A stretch of DNA of 63,730 nt, the filler included, from Octopus bimaculoides (lineage: Eukaryota): assembly GCF_001194135.2 (NCBI RefSeq). It is 3 parts of 3 records of this genome, joined end to end, with 100 filler letters (N's around TTAATTAATTAA, not from the genome) between each part and the next. Parts side by side here need not be neighbours in the genome. Positions count along the whole stretch, not along the records: positions 1 to 31,141 come from NC_068985.1; 2 more parts are not named here. One strand, given 5' to 3'. Numbering within the stretch: position 1 is the first letter of the stretch; every line of letters begins with the position of its first letter. Both the position numbers and the translations under genes were made by a program. The notes beneath the pieces are model-generated. The model worked only from the letters and a program-made list of their open reading frames with translations. It was not told the origin of the DNA and did not search any database. This document shows positions 11,801 through 25,778 of this stretch, one piece after another.

Positions 11801-14800
11801 ATTGTCACATAAATTACTTCAGCAAGAAAGATCAGCAGATGTAAACAGTTTTATCAAACTTAAGAAGATAAAAATACAATGTACTTACCTTCAGTTTCTC
11901 TTTCACATCTGTCATTTGATATAAAAGATCGCCCTACAAAATTGGATAGATAAGACAAAAACAAATTATTGTTTTATGACTTTTGTAGGAAGGGTAGAGA
12001 AAAATATATGGAAAAGGAGAGAAAGAGAAGGGGAGAGAGGTATGAAAGTTAATACTCGATATAAATGGGTAATGTCTCCATATATGGTTTAATACATATC
12101 CTTAATACTACAAGTATTCAATATTGTATATTTTCATATTTGACACCAGTTAATATATCAATGTCTTCAATACTGTGTTTTAATATCTGACATCAGTTAC
12201 TATGTTAATGTAAATCTTCAATACTATGTTTGTTTCAGCTAACTGAGATTTGAACTCAATCCTGCCAATATCAACTTTGTCTTTCATCTTTTCTGAGTCA
12301 ATATATTAAGTACCAGTCCAAGGCAGCAACAGACAAGATGCCTGGGATATCTTTGCATTTTAAGTTCCAGCTCTCTGTGATCTGAGCTCAAATTCTCCAC
12401 TTTACAGGAGTCCTGTCAATAGCAAAGTTATTGTAGAATGCTAGCACTCTGAGTCCAATATAAAATGATTTTACCTATGAAACTCCACTCAACTCAAAAA
12501 ATTAAATGTAATGGAACAGTTTTAGAGAGAAAAAACAAGAGATTTAATTGGAGAGTAATTTAATGTATAATACATAATAAATCAAAATCGCTGACAGTAC
12601 CACCTAGTTGGCACTCGTGCCGGTGGAACATTGAAAGCACCATCCGAGTGTGACCGTTGCCAGGGCTGCTGACTAGCTTCCATGCCGGTGGCATGTAAAA
12701 AGCACCATTCAAGCGTGATCGTTGCCAGTGTCACCTTACTGGCACATGTGCCGGTGGCATGTGACAAACAACATTCGAGCATGGTCATTGCCAGTGCCGT
12801 CAGACTGGCACCCATGCAGGTGGCACGTAAAAAACACCTTTTGAGCATGGTTGTTGCCAGTACCGCCTGACTGGCCCTCGTGCCGATGGCACATAAAAGC
12901 ACCCACTACACTCTTGGAGTGGTTGGCATTAGGAAGAGCATCCACCTGTAGAAACTCTGCCAAATCAGATTGGAGCCTGGTGCAGCCTTCTGGCTCACCA
13001 GTCCTCAATCAAACCATCCAACCCATGCCAGCATGGAAAGCGGATGTTAAACGATGATGATGATGAAGTTATTTGACAGAAAAATGTAAATCTGAATAGA
13101 GGATTTACAATGTTTACCTCTGTGGAATCCCATACATGGAATGTATCTACATGAGTTGTACAATATACTTGGTCATACTTAGGAGAACACCAACCAACAA
13201 ATGCCTGAAAATGAATAGAAAAAAAACATTAATTTTTGGCTAGATTTAAAAGTTTTAATAGTACATCATTGAAATTAGATTGATCATTCCTAACTTTGTA
13301 ACCAAGTTGTCGTTTAGAACAAGATCAGCACTGAATAAGCAGACAAAGATTTAAAGGTGTTCCAGTAATGAATACTCTTCCTTCCCTTTTTTCTTTTGCA
13401 AACATAATATCTCCATATTTCCATTATTCAACAAAACAGTAAGATGTGATTTAGGAATATTTAGCTGCTGTTTCTTACAAGCCAGGTGACCATATAGAGT
13501 GTCCCTTGTTGATTTACTGTTTTTTGGTGGCGTCAACAGAAATGAGATCAAAAATATCAATGAGTGTAGTATTATAAGTGGTGATAATATTAATAGAGAA
13601 GTGACTCCAGTTAAAGACTATTGACAGATTTCATTTACAAAGTTCTTCTAATTAGCACAAGAATACACACACACACATGAATGCGTGTCTATGAAAATGT
13701 TCACAATCAGTGTTGAGCTACTAACAGTGACGTCACTGTTTGTAGCTGGACTGCAAACTGCTGACAAGGTCTGTGCTTTTGAAATTCTCTAGAATGAAAA
13801 ACCCCTTACTTGAAAAACAGGTAAGGACCACGTTACCTTTGTAGCTGCCAGCATCTGCCATGGTCGCGTCCGCGTGGACGAGCAGGCTCAACAACACAGC
13901 ACCGGAGATGGAGCACGGTCAGGCAAGCGCAGAGCAGGACGAGATGGGAATAAGCACAAGAGTGCGGAGGAAGGCAAGGAGCCATCAATCAAGTGCAGGT
14001 GATGACATGGCAGCGCTGCGGAGAGCAGACCTGGCTGACCAGTGGTATCAACCAAACCATTGCGACCTGCTCAGTGACAACCAACAGGCTGGCGGCCACA
14101 TCTACACAGACGGACCTGCAGGACAACACCACGCTGGTCACCGACAATGTGTAGACAAGGGAGCCGGAAATCGCTGTGGAAGGAAGGACAGCGATGGCGC
14201 ATGCAGGTGGCAGCATCCACCAGGCAGAGTCCATGGCGCTGCAGTGCAACCAAGAGCAGTAACTTGGCCGACCAGCTCATACCCCTTACAGTAGTCCGGA
14301 CCCACTTGGGGTGCGATGGTCAACTAGAGTATGGCAATTCTGCTGCCGGCTTCCAGCAATTTACCAGAAGGACTGCATTGCAGTATCAACCACACCATCA
14401 AGGTCCGGCTTGCAATTGCGTCAGTGGCGTCCACGCAGTTGGGCATGGGCATGGGCATGCTCAACGACACTGCACCCAGAAGGTGGCGGAGACATGCATG
14501 GAAGGAAGTTGCACCGGAGAGAGAGCAAGGCTGGGTTAGCACAGAGCAGGATAAGCAGGAGAGTGCAAAGGAAGGCAAACCATCTGCCAACGATGAGTGC
14601 ATGCAGGCTGCGATGTTTTCGCTGGGTGGCCTCCGCCAACTGCAGTCGTTGTCACAGTCCAGTCTGGTCAGCAACAGCAGTCAGAGAGGTCCATGGAATT
14701 AGAGGAAGGTGTGTGTTTGGGTCGGCGCGAACAGGAACAAGAGAGCAGAGGAAGGTGAGCTACTGAGTTTGTGGTGTCGGCCCAGCAACAGCCTCCAGGC

Positions 14801-16166
14801 TGGCAGCATCACAATATCGACTGCACGCATGGACGGCTGCCAGCAGCAGTTTCTTCCTTATGTAACAGAGATTACATCTCTTCCATGCGGCTCTACCAAA
14901 AAGAAATAAGGTCATACAAATCCTGCCTCATACAGCTCACCATCTAACATATGTTAGCATAGAAAAATAGACATCAAAACGAACAAATCTCTCTCTCTCT
15001 AAAATAAATGTCCACCGACTAAAAAAGTTTTATCAGACGATTAAAATATTTAAAAAATTTCTTTTTAAATATTTGAAAAGTTTTTTACTTCCTTCATACA
15101 AGTATGTCCAAAGTTCATAAGTAAACAGACTTCCACAGGTCAAATTCACATACATCTTGAAAAAGGTCTTTTACTCCCCTCACACAAGTACGTCCAAAAG
15201 TTCTTATTAGGCAGACTTCACAGGTCAAATTCAACATTCACATATAGCTATGACCATTTTGGGAGCTCACTACCGCAGTTTATTTACCCTAAAGTGCATC
15301 ACAGCAATGACCCCTTCATCAGGATAAACAGGAAACACGCAGAGATCAAAATTTTTTTATGAAAAGCTTATATAATTTAAAAGAAAAACCCATCAGCTGA
15401 CCGGTCCAAATTTTTCTAAAAAGAACTTTTTCTGAACACTTTGAATAGATTTACTGAGGTAATCCCTTTTTGCAACCATAGGCTTTCGCCCACCTTTTTG
15501 AAAGTATATAGAAATGAAAGTAGATGTTATAAATTGTTTAGCATTACTAATTTGATCTGTGAAGTCTGCTTATTATGAACTTTTGGACATACTTGTGTGA
15601 GGGGAATAAAAGACTTTTTTCAAGATGTATGTGAATTTGACCTGTGGAAGTCTGTTTACTTATAAACTTTGGACGTACTTGTATGAGGGAAGTAAAAGAC
15701 TTTTTTTTTAAATATTTTTTAAATATTAAAAAAAAATTTTTTTTAATATTTTAATCGTCTCATAAAACTTTTTTAGTCAGTGGACATTTATTTTATTTTA
15801 TTTTTACCTTTACTCATTTTATATTTAACTATTAGGTTTTTTGGTAGTTTTTGAATTCTTAGCCATTTATATTTAACTTTTTGATGGGCCGTCCTATTTG
15901 TATTTTATTTGATTATATACTTTTACCTTCTGTGATTTTATGTATATGTATTATTTTTTATGTTTGGGAACCATGGTGATTTTTATATGTGATTAAATGT
16001 TTGAGGGGTGATGTTGTATATAAAGTCGTTGACCCAAATTTAATGTTTGTTCTATAACCAATGCTTCTTTATTTTTATCTTTGTCTCATTTATATTTGAG
16101 CACTTCTTTTGCAGTCCTATAAACCCTTTTGTTTCTATATAAAGAGACAAATATTATTTCTTGTTC

Positions 16167-16197
<31 letters not shown>

Positions 16198-19100
16198 CCA
16201 GCCAGCTATGTTATCCACCATGTTCCTAAGAGAGTCATGAGGTAGAGTCCTCAGGCAGCTCTTCCATAATATCCTATCAGAGGTATCCATCACAAGACTT
16301 CTGGCCCTTAATCTGGATGCTGTATGGGAGGGAGGAGATTATACTTCCTTGAATCAAATACAGGATGTACCAAGGTTCAACACTAAGTAGCCAACATTTG
16401 CACAGATCTTTTCAAACATGGACAAAATGCCACAACTACCTTCCTATTGTCTCCTTCAAACATCGACGTTGGCACAATGAAGGGAAGATCTGGTGAAATT
16501 ATCGAAATGATGGAGCATCGCCATGTTGATGTGTGTGGTGTGCAAGAAGTGAGACAGAAAGAAGCCTTTGCTAGATTCCTCACTGGGAAGAAACAGAGGT
16601 TCAAATTCTTTTGGGTAGGCAGAAGTGATGGAGTGGATGATGTGGGCATAATCTTAGCAGAAAAGTGGGTAGATAAGGTAATTGAGGTAGTCAGAGTATG
16701 CAATAATACATATAAATATATAAATATATATAATGACACATATACATACAGCAATAGAACGTGCATTAAGTGCTACAAGTGTCAGGTGGACATTAACAAA
16801 ATACAGAGAAGCAGGCAAGGAACATTTCCTTTTAAATACACATTGCATCACTTACAATGAGTATTCACTTGTTAAAAAAATCTAACATGGTTTCTAAGGA
16901 ATATATCATGTATTATTGCAAATATTAATATCATTACATACCACAGAAGAAAGTGAATTCATAGTTAATAGTAGGGAATTCTCCTCTGTATCTTCTGCTA
17001 AGTCAAATTTGCAAACCAAGCCATCTGTAGAGCCACTTGCCAATAGATTTTCATTGGTTGGATGAAATGATACCTAAAAGGTGACAATATTGACAATTTA
17101 ATTTAGAATAAGAAATATTGTAGACATCAGAATTTTTATAAATATTGGGTTATCCTATAAATAATGTGGTTTTTTTCAATTGCAATTTCAATTGGAGGTG
17201 GACAGGATAAACTACCTGCATCAACTTGCAAAAGCAGGTAGTAATTTTACCTTGTACTTATTCTTAGTGCAAGATCTGAAGAGTGCAGTTCAATTTCAAC
17301 AGTTATTTTTTCAAAGATATAATGGAAGTGACAAAGGAGCATATTCAGCATATTTTGCTTTATGAGTTCAATAAAGGAAACAACACAACGGAAAGTGTGA
17401 GGAATATTAATGCAGTATATGGGGATTGTACAATAAGCGTTAAACCAGTGTCAATGGTGGTTCCAGAAATTCTGAATCAGAAACTGCAGCCTAGAAGATG
17501 AGCCTCGTCCTGGAACATCTGTAGAGCCTGACAAGGATGTCCTGCAAACCCTGGTGGAACAAAATCCCAGCGTAACTATTGAGGAACTAGCAGAGAAACT
17601 TAGATTTGGTCATTCAACTATTCATCAACACCTGCATGCCATTGGAAAAGTCAGCAAATTGGGTCAATGGGTTCCGCACGAACTTTTTGAGTCTAATCGT
17701 GTACAGAGAGTGAATGTGTAGTCTTCTTTGCAGTCACATCTCAAGAATGAACCTTTTTTGGACTGAATAGTGACTGGTGATGAGAAATGGGTTCTCAATA
17801 AAAATGCCAAGAACCGAAGACAGTGGGTTGGGAAAAGAGAAACACCCGCACCCCAGGCTAAAGGCCTTCACTCATGTAAGGTATTGTTATCTGTTTGGTG
17901 GGATATGAAAAGTTTAATCCACTTTGAACTTTTAAACTCAAACCAAACGCTAACAAAGGGGGATCTTTAGATTAAAAAAAGAACTTTGTTTATCTTAATT
18001 TTGAAAAATAAAAGAAGTATAAAAAAACTGCATTATTTATGGGATGACCTAATATAACAGAAGTTCATTAAATAAGAACATTTTCACTCGTTTCTTAAAA
18101 AAGAATCTTTCCCACATTATCAAGTTCAAAGCAGAGTAACAGTAATAGAGTGGTTCAACATTGCAAAAAAAAACCCCTGTGATTAGCTGTTAAATAAACC
18201 ATTAAAAAATAACTAGTGATTAGGTGTTAAATAAACCCTTAGAAACAACCAGTGATTGACCTGCTGGTAAAATATAACCAACAGTGCTTTGTTCAAAAAG
18301 TACCTGATATATAGTAAAATAAAGTCTTCAAGTAACAAGTAAAGAAATGTAAAGATAATGTGAAAAGATGAGAAAAATTGATCATTACAAACCTGTGTTA
18401 TGTCGTCCATGTGAGAATCTGTGAAATCTGTGAGTAATACATTTTTCCTTCTATCCCTGGAAAATATACAAAATGTTTACATTGAATTGTGGAGCAGTTG
18501 AAGGTACACTGTCAAAACCTCTAAATCCCCTTAAAAACTTTCTCAACTTTACTGAAGATTTGTGTGTTTCAGAAGCAGATGTGATGAAATGTAAATGCAG
18601 GCGGCATGGCTCTGTGATTAAGAAGCTCACTTTGAAACTGCATGGTTTCAGGATCAGTCCCACTGCACAGCACCTTGGACAAGTGTCTTTACTATGGTAC
18701 CATGCTGACTAATGCCTAGCATGTGAATTTGGTAGACAGAAACCATGTAGAAGCCCATCAAATGTATGTGCGTCTTTGTGTTTGTTTATTTCCCCTGCCT
18801 CACCACTTGACAATTGGTGTAGGTTTGTTTACATCCCTGAAGTGAGTGGTTCAGCATAAGAGATTCATAGAATAAGTACCAGATTTTTAAAAAGTAAGAA
18901 GTGGGTTTATTTGTTCAACTAAAAACTTTTAATGCAGGACCCCAGCATGGCTGCAGTCCAATGACTGAGACAAGTAAAAGATAGATAATGTACTACACAT
19001 GCTCAGCCTGGTATCTCAAACAAACCAAGGAAATAGCAACATAAAAATATTACACAACAACCTCCATATTTAGTTAGAAGTAAAAGATATTGAAGAGATT

Positions 19101-19907
19101 TAAAAGAACAATATTATTTTTTACCATTTCACTTATTTCAGTCACTGGACTACAGCCATGCTGGGGCACTACCCTGAAGGATTTAGTTGAATAAATCTAG
19201 CCCAGTACTTATTTTTTCAAGATTGGTCCTTATTGTATCAATCTCTTTTGGCAAACCACTAGATTAGAGATGTAAACAAACCAACACCAGTTATCAAGCA
19301 GTGGGGGGACAAACACAGACACACACACATAAATACATGTATATGTTACTGAGACCTTTGGCAATATGCTGTGCTTGAGAAAACTCGTCAAGCCAAGTGA
19401 AATCATAGTTGTGGCTGATGCCAGTGCCATGTAACTGGCACCTGTGCCAGTGGCACTTATAAAGCACTCATTACACTCTTGGAATGGTTGGCGTTAGGAA
19501 AGGCATCCAGCCATAGAAACCATGTCAAGTAAGATTGGAACGTGGTGCAGCTTTCCTGCTTACCAGTTTCAGTCAAATCGTCTAACCCATGCCAGCATGG
19601 AAAGCAGAATCTAAATGATGAAGATGATGATGATATGTTGTTGAAAACATCTAGAAAAAGGTACTTCTGTTTCACTCACCGAAGTGAATGGAGCTTTGAC
19701 CAGAAGAAACTGATGACATCAGACATATCAAGGATCATTAGGTGTTTTAACCATCCCATTGGTGGGTCAGCAGAGGAGACCAAATCATTGCTCATCATCT
19801 CTTCCTTCCAGCTTAACTCCTTTCTCTTGCACCATAACCAGCAAGAGGCTCTTTCTGCTGCCTCTCCCATCCTATGCATAGCCTCTCTTCACTCTTTTCC
19901 TTTCATT

Positions 19908-19955
<48 letters not shown>

Positions 19956-22900
19956 AAATTTTTTTTTTAATTGTTTCAGTCATTAGACTGTGGGCATGCT
20001 GGAGCACCACTTTAAGGGTTTTCATCATCATCATCATCATCATTTAACGGCCACCTTCCATGCTAGCAGTTGAAGAAATTGACCCCAGGACATATTCTTT
20101 GCAAACCTAGTACTTATTCTATTGGTTTTTTTTTGCCAAACTGCTAAGTTACAGGAACATAAACACACCAACATCAGTTGCCAAGTGATGGTGGGGAGAC
20201 AAAGAAAGACACACACACACATATATATATATATACACAACAGACTGGAGCCTGGCGTAGCCTTGCAGCGTGCCAGCCCAGTCAAACCGTCCAACCCATG
20301 CCAGCATGGACAACGGATATCAAATGATGATGATAATGGTAATGAACCAGGCTTCTTTCAGTTTCTGTCTACCAAATCCACTCAGAAGATTTTGATCGGC
20401 CCAAGGCTATAGTAGAAAACACTCGCCCGAGGTGCCATGCAGTGGGACTGAATCTGGAACCATATGGTTGGGAAACAAACTTCTTACCACACAGCCATGC
20501 CTGCACCTATATATATATATATATATATATACATACACACATACAATGGGCTCCCACACAGTTTTCATCAACCAAATTTGCTCACAAAGCACTGGGAAAC
20601 CCAGGGCTATAATTTTCCAAGGGGCAAGGCAGCAGGACTGAACCTGAAACTATGTTACATTAGGAGAGAATTGTAGTTTGCTTGAAGCATTGTGTATTGT
20701 TTGCAAAGAATAAAAAGTTTTGAATGGTACAACAATGCACTATAATACAAAAAAATGGACTATATACCTGTTGTAATTTAGTTATCTATAGTCCGATACT
20801 TTAATTATTTTCATTTCAACATCCATATTTTTCAGATAGTATAGGCAGAAAGCTTTTTTTAGTCGCTCACTTAAGGATCTCCTTTTTATGTTAACCATTC
20901 AGTTTGGAGTAGAGAATAGATTGTTTTGACAATGGAGAAAACTAGAATTTAATTTATATTTTAATGTCTGTTAGAAAGCTGCTACTGCTGCTGCTGGTGA
21001 ACAGGATTCTAACTGTAAAATCCATTAACAGAGTGCCAGTGGTGAACAGAATTCTAACTGTAAAACCTATTAACAGTGTGCTGCTGGTGAACAGGATTCT
21101 AACTGTAAATCCTATTAACAGTGAGCTGCTGATGAACAGGATTCTAACTAAAAGCCATGTAACTGAGAAAAAAAACAAACTAAATAGCACTGAATTTATA
21201 AACTAACTGGAAGCACTTAAGTTTTTAATTTGCCCATGAATTTCTTTAATTATCACTTGATAAATTCACAAGAAAGATCATATCCATGAAGATAGCTTAC
21301 CAAATTTTTAACTCAACTTCTTTCTCAACTGATTCTGTTCCAGCTGCTATCTTGGAATCAGAGCTATTGATATCCAAACATAAAAGACATTTATCACAAC
21401 CTGAAAATTAAATTTGTATCAAATTAAAATTCCAAAAGCCTATGGCACAGGTAATTATGGTAGCAATAGTAATAAAATTACAACGTATTAGAGACATTGT
21501 AGCCATTAAAAACACATACATTCATGTTATGTTAACTGATGGAGATATGAAAAAGCTGCACCTGATCTCAGATACATTGTATCACAGTGAATGGCTACAA
21601 CAATTCTATCATAATGTAATTAGTTTAATACAAAAATAAATAGCTATAATATTATTCTAAGATATAGTACAATGAATAAAATTGAAAGATAGTACATATT
21701 TGATCAGATAATTCACACACTAGTAAACAGTTTACACTGGTTATTAAACTGTTAATCCACAGTTCAAATTGTTACATAAACAGTTAATCCACAGTTCAAG
21801 ATGTTAATTAGTCATTCTGCAATTCAAACTGTTAATCCCTAGTTTACGCTGTTAATCTACAATTATACAGTTATAGAAACAGTTAATCTAAAAATCAAAC
21901 TGACATAAGACAGGTAATTAGGCTATCAATTCCTGAACATTGAAATGAAATTCAAGTTGAATGAGAAAATAAATAATAGCACCATCAAAGTTTCTACACT
22001 GAGCCTCAATTTAATGACATCATACACTGATTAGTAATTAAGTTAATACTCTTAGTACTACCAACTGTAGATACACAGAATTGATTACTGGATACTGGTA
22101 TTTACTTTATCAACCCCAAAGAGATAAAAGAAAAATTAAGCCAACCCCAGCTGAAAGAGAATTGAGAATAATAGGATAGCAAGTATAACATAACAATAGG
22201 AAGATGTGAACAAATACAATGTTTGAAATATCAAATAGCTAACTAGAAAGATGCAAAGAGAAACCAACAATACTAAGTCATGGTCTAATATCATTCTGAG
22301 TCTTTTGGAAAGCATGGGAGTCAACTTTGAACCTGTTCGAGCCTTAAAAGACTTCATCAGTGAATTATAGTGCCCACAGTACTTGCCAAGCACGGTATTG
22401 AGAGAACACTAAGTAAATGTACAAGAAGTATACTTGTTGAAGAAGAGTAAGTTTGACGTCCCACTATCTTCAATATCTCCATCAGCCCCAGTCAATGATA
22501 AATAATAAAGTTATAAATTACCAGTGAATTCTTGAGCAGGTTTTTTGAAATCTGTCCGTATGTCCCAACACCTGGAAAAAAAGTGGTCATTAGTGCTTGA
22601 TATTAAGTACTAGATTTACATTTATGTATTAGAGTCTAACACTGTTAATGTAAATATTGCTATACATTATAGTAAATGTTTAATGTTATCATACATTATA
22701 ATCACCAACTTGAGGGAGAAAAAAAGAAACAAAGTCTACTGCCAGGATGTGAATTTGGCAGACTGGTGAATGGCTGACACTCTGGATTCAGTCTATAATC
22801 ATAGTGCTTCCCATAAAAGGCAATCTCCATTTATGCCAGAATAACTGAACTGTCAGCAAGATCAATCAAGCAAGCAACATAATGCTCAGCATCATATTGA

Positions 22901-25733
22901 AAATACTGAGATTGGAGACAGAAGATATTACAGTCAAGGAGCAAGTTGGCTTACATAAAAATAAAAGCAGTACTGAAGGGATTTTGAACCTCCACACCAT
23001 CTGCAAGAAATACTTTTGACAACAGAGAGAATTCATATGTTTTCATAGACTTCAGGAGGATATTAGATAGAATCTGCAATGATGTTTTGTGGACCACCAT
23101 AAAGAAATTTAACACAGAGCAAAAGCTGATTTATACTATTCAAAAGCTTTGCACCAAAGCAACATGGTGTACTTGTACAAGTTCCTTGTCTTTCCACATT
23201 TTTTCCTGCAAACACTGAGATCAGACATCAGTCACACAATGTTGTTGTTCTTACCAATCTGGGATGGTGATGGGCACAGTCCCTCATCTCCTGGCTAACT
23301 TATATAAAACAACTATCTGAGGAGTGGGGCAGAGAGAGAGAGAGAGAGAGAAAACAAAAGTATGATGAGAATATTATAGACAAAATAAAACTATGTACAA
23401 AGACTTGGAAGCCTACAAGAAAAACTTACTGTCTACAAATCTATTTACTAATAGCATGCATAAATGTCAATTTCTTTAATTATAAAAGCAAATGTTGAGT
23501 TTACCTGATCGTCCCATCCCAAGATGAAGAAAATAATAGATGTGTGTCATTGTGGGCAAATTTTATCCCTGATATAACATTGTTGTGTGCTAAAATACAG
23601 TGAAAATCACAAAATTGAAAAAGTAAAAACAATAAATGACAATAAAGGTTGTATTTTGATTGTCATTCAACATACATATTCAATTCATTAATGCATCTGG
23701 ATTAATTTAGATAACACATAATTACATACAGACAATTAGAAGTAGATAATTATATACAGATAATTACTTATAGATAATAGATAATTACAAACAATAAATA
23801 ATTCTTATTGCATAATTTTCTGGTTGTTTTTGTATATTAATCGATTAATCATGCTTATTACACCCAAGATATCGACATTTTTGTGTGATTAAGAAGTTTA
23901 CTCTGTAACCACATGGTTTTGTGATCAATCATGCTGAACATTCACTTGGATAAGTGTCTGCTATCATATCTCCAGTTGATTGATTCCTTGTGAGTGAAAC
24001 TTAGTAGAGGGGAGCTAAGAGAAATCTACTGTGTATGCATATGTATATGTGTGTCTTCTGTCTTTTACCTTTTACTTTTTTCAGTCATTTGACAGGACAG
24101 CAACCATACTGAGGCATTGCCTTGAAGGATTTTAGTTGAATGAATTCCACCCCAGTACTTTATCTTTTAAGCCTGGTACCTATTCTACTGTTCTCTTTTG
24201 TAGAACTGCTTGGTTACAAGAGCATAAACAATGCAATACCAGTAGTCACATGGTGGTGACACACACACACATACCAGCTTCTTTCAGTTTCTGTCTACCA
24301 AATACACTCACAAAGCTTTGGTCAGCTGGTACTATAGAAAAAGACACTTGCCCTAAGTGCCACACAGTGGAACTGAACCTGAAACAAAGTGGTTAGAAAA
24401 CAAATTTCTTACTATACAGCCACACATGCACAGGCATGGCTGTGTGGTTGACAAGTTTACTTCCTAATCACATTGTTTCAGATTCTGTCCCCTTGTGCAA
24501 CACCTTGGACAAGTGGTGTGTGTGTGAGTACATGTATATGTATGTATGTGCACATGTGTATGTGTTTACGTGAGAGCTCATTTATTCAAATATAGCTATT
24601 GTTAGTTCTTCTGCCTATAACTTGTCCATTTGCATCAAGACTTTTGAAGCAATGTGGAATAAGAGATCTCTTGGAAAACCACTAAGGGTTAGTGTCAGAA
24701 AAGGCATTCAGCTGTAAATCAATGCCTCAGTACCATATTTGTCTAACCTGCAGACTTTCATCTTGTGGTCCGCATGATACTTTCTTGAAATGGGTTTATT
24801 TAAACAAATATTTTTAAAATGTCATCAAAAATTAAAGATTGTAATGAAAAGTAAAAAAGAAAGATACTACTATTTTTGCAATGGTAATATATCATGTTGA
24901 ATCAATGATCATTCATTCATCTTTGTAATAATAGCATGAGAAAGCAAAATGCTTTCAATTCTGTCAGTATACAAGCGGCCCTCAAAAAACTTTTTGTGAT
25001 TAAAGTGGCCCGCAGTGTAATTCGAGTCGGTCAGGCCTAGCCTAACCCATGCTAGCTTGGAAAAATGGGCATAAAACATACAAATGTATGTTCATATATT
25101 TCAGTCATGTATATCAGTAGCAAAAAAAAAAAAACAATACAGAAGTGCTTTTGAACAAATGCTTTATGGTATTTGTTCCACCCAAGTGGAACAGATGCTT
25201 CCTTACCATTTTCACAATTGTAAATAGTAAACATATGATTAGCCAGTTAGAAACTTGTAATGAAGAACATTGCTGTTCACAATATATGTTATAAAACAAA
25301 TTAATAAAAATAAATAAATAAAAAATTTGTCTTTATCACCATCAATTTGTTGCAGTGTAGCCATATTGTGTCTGGCATGTAAGCGAATGTTATAACTGCT
25401 GCTACTACATGCCAGCAGTCGGTCGTCAGTTGCAGAATTAGGAGTGTCAGCACTAAAAAATATCAGAAATATTATTTCATAGTATTAAAATTATCAGATA
25501 AAATTTCATTTTAACCAATATTTATCTTTGTAAATTTGAAATCATAAAAAAATTTGTAAACAGTTAACACAATTATATAATGTAAAATGTGACATTGCTT
25601 TTAAGTAAACTATCTTAAAACAAATGATAGTGACATCATTATTGTGGCCAGTAACTGAAACCATCACATTGGGCAGCACCCTGTTGGATTCCAGGAGGTG
25701 CATGAGTGCATGGAGGTTACAGCATTGGTGCCT

Positions 25734-25778
<45 letters not shown>

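Noticed and set aside
20990-21150. CRISPR-like array
   Set aside because: Eukaryotic intron; contiguous tandem units without unique spacers.
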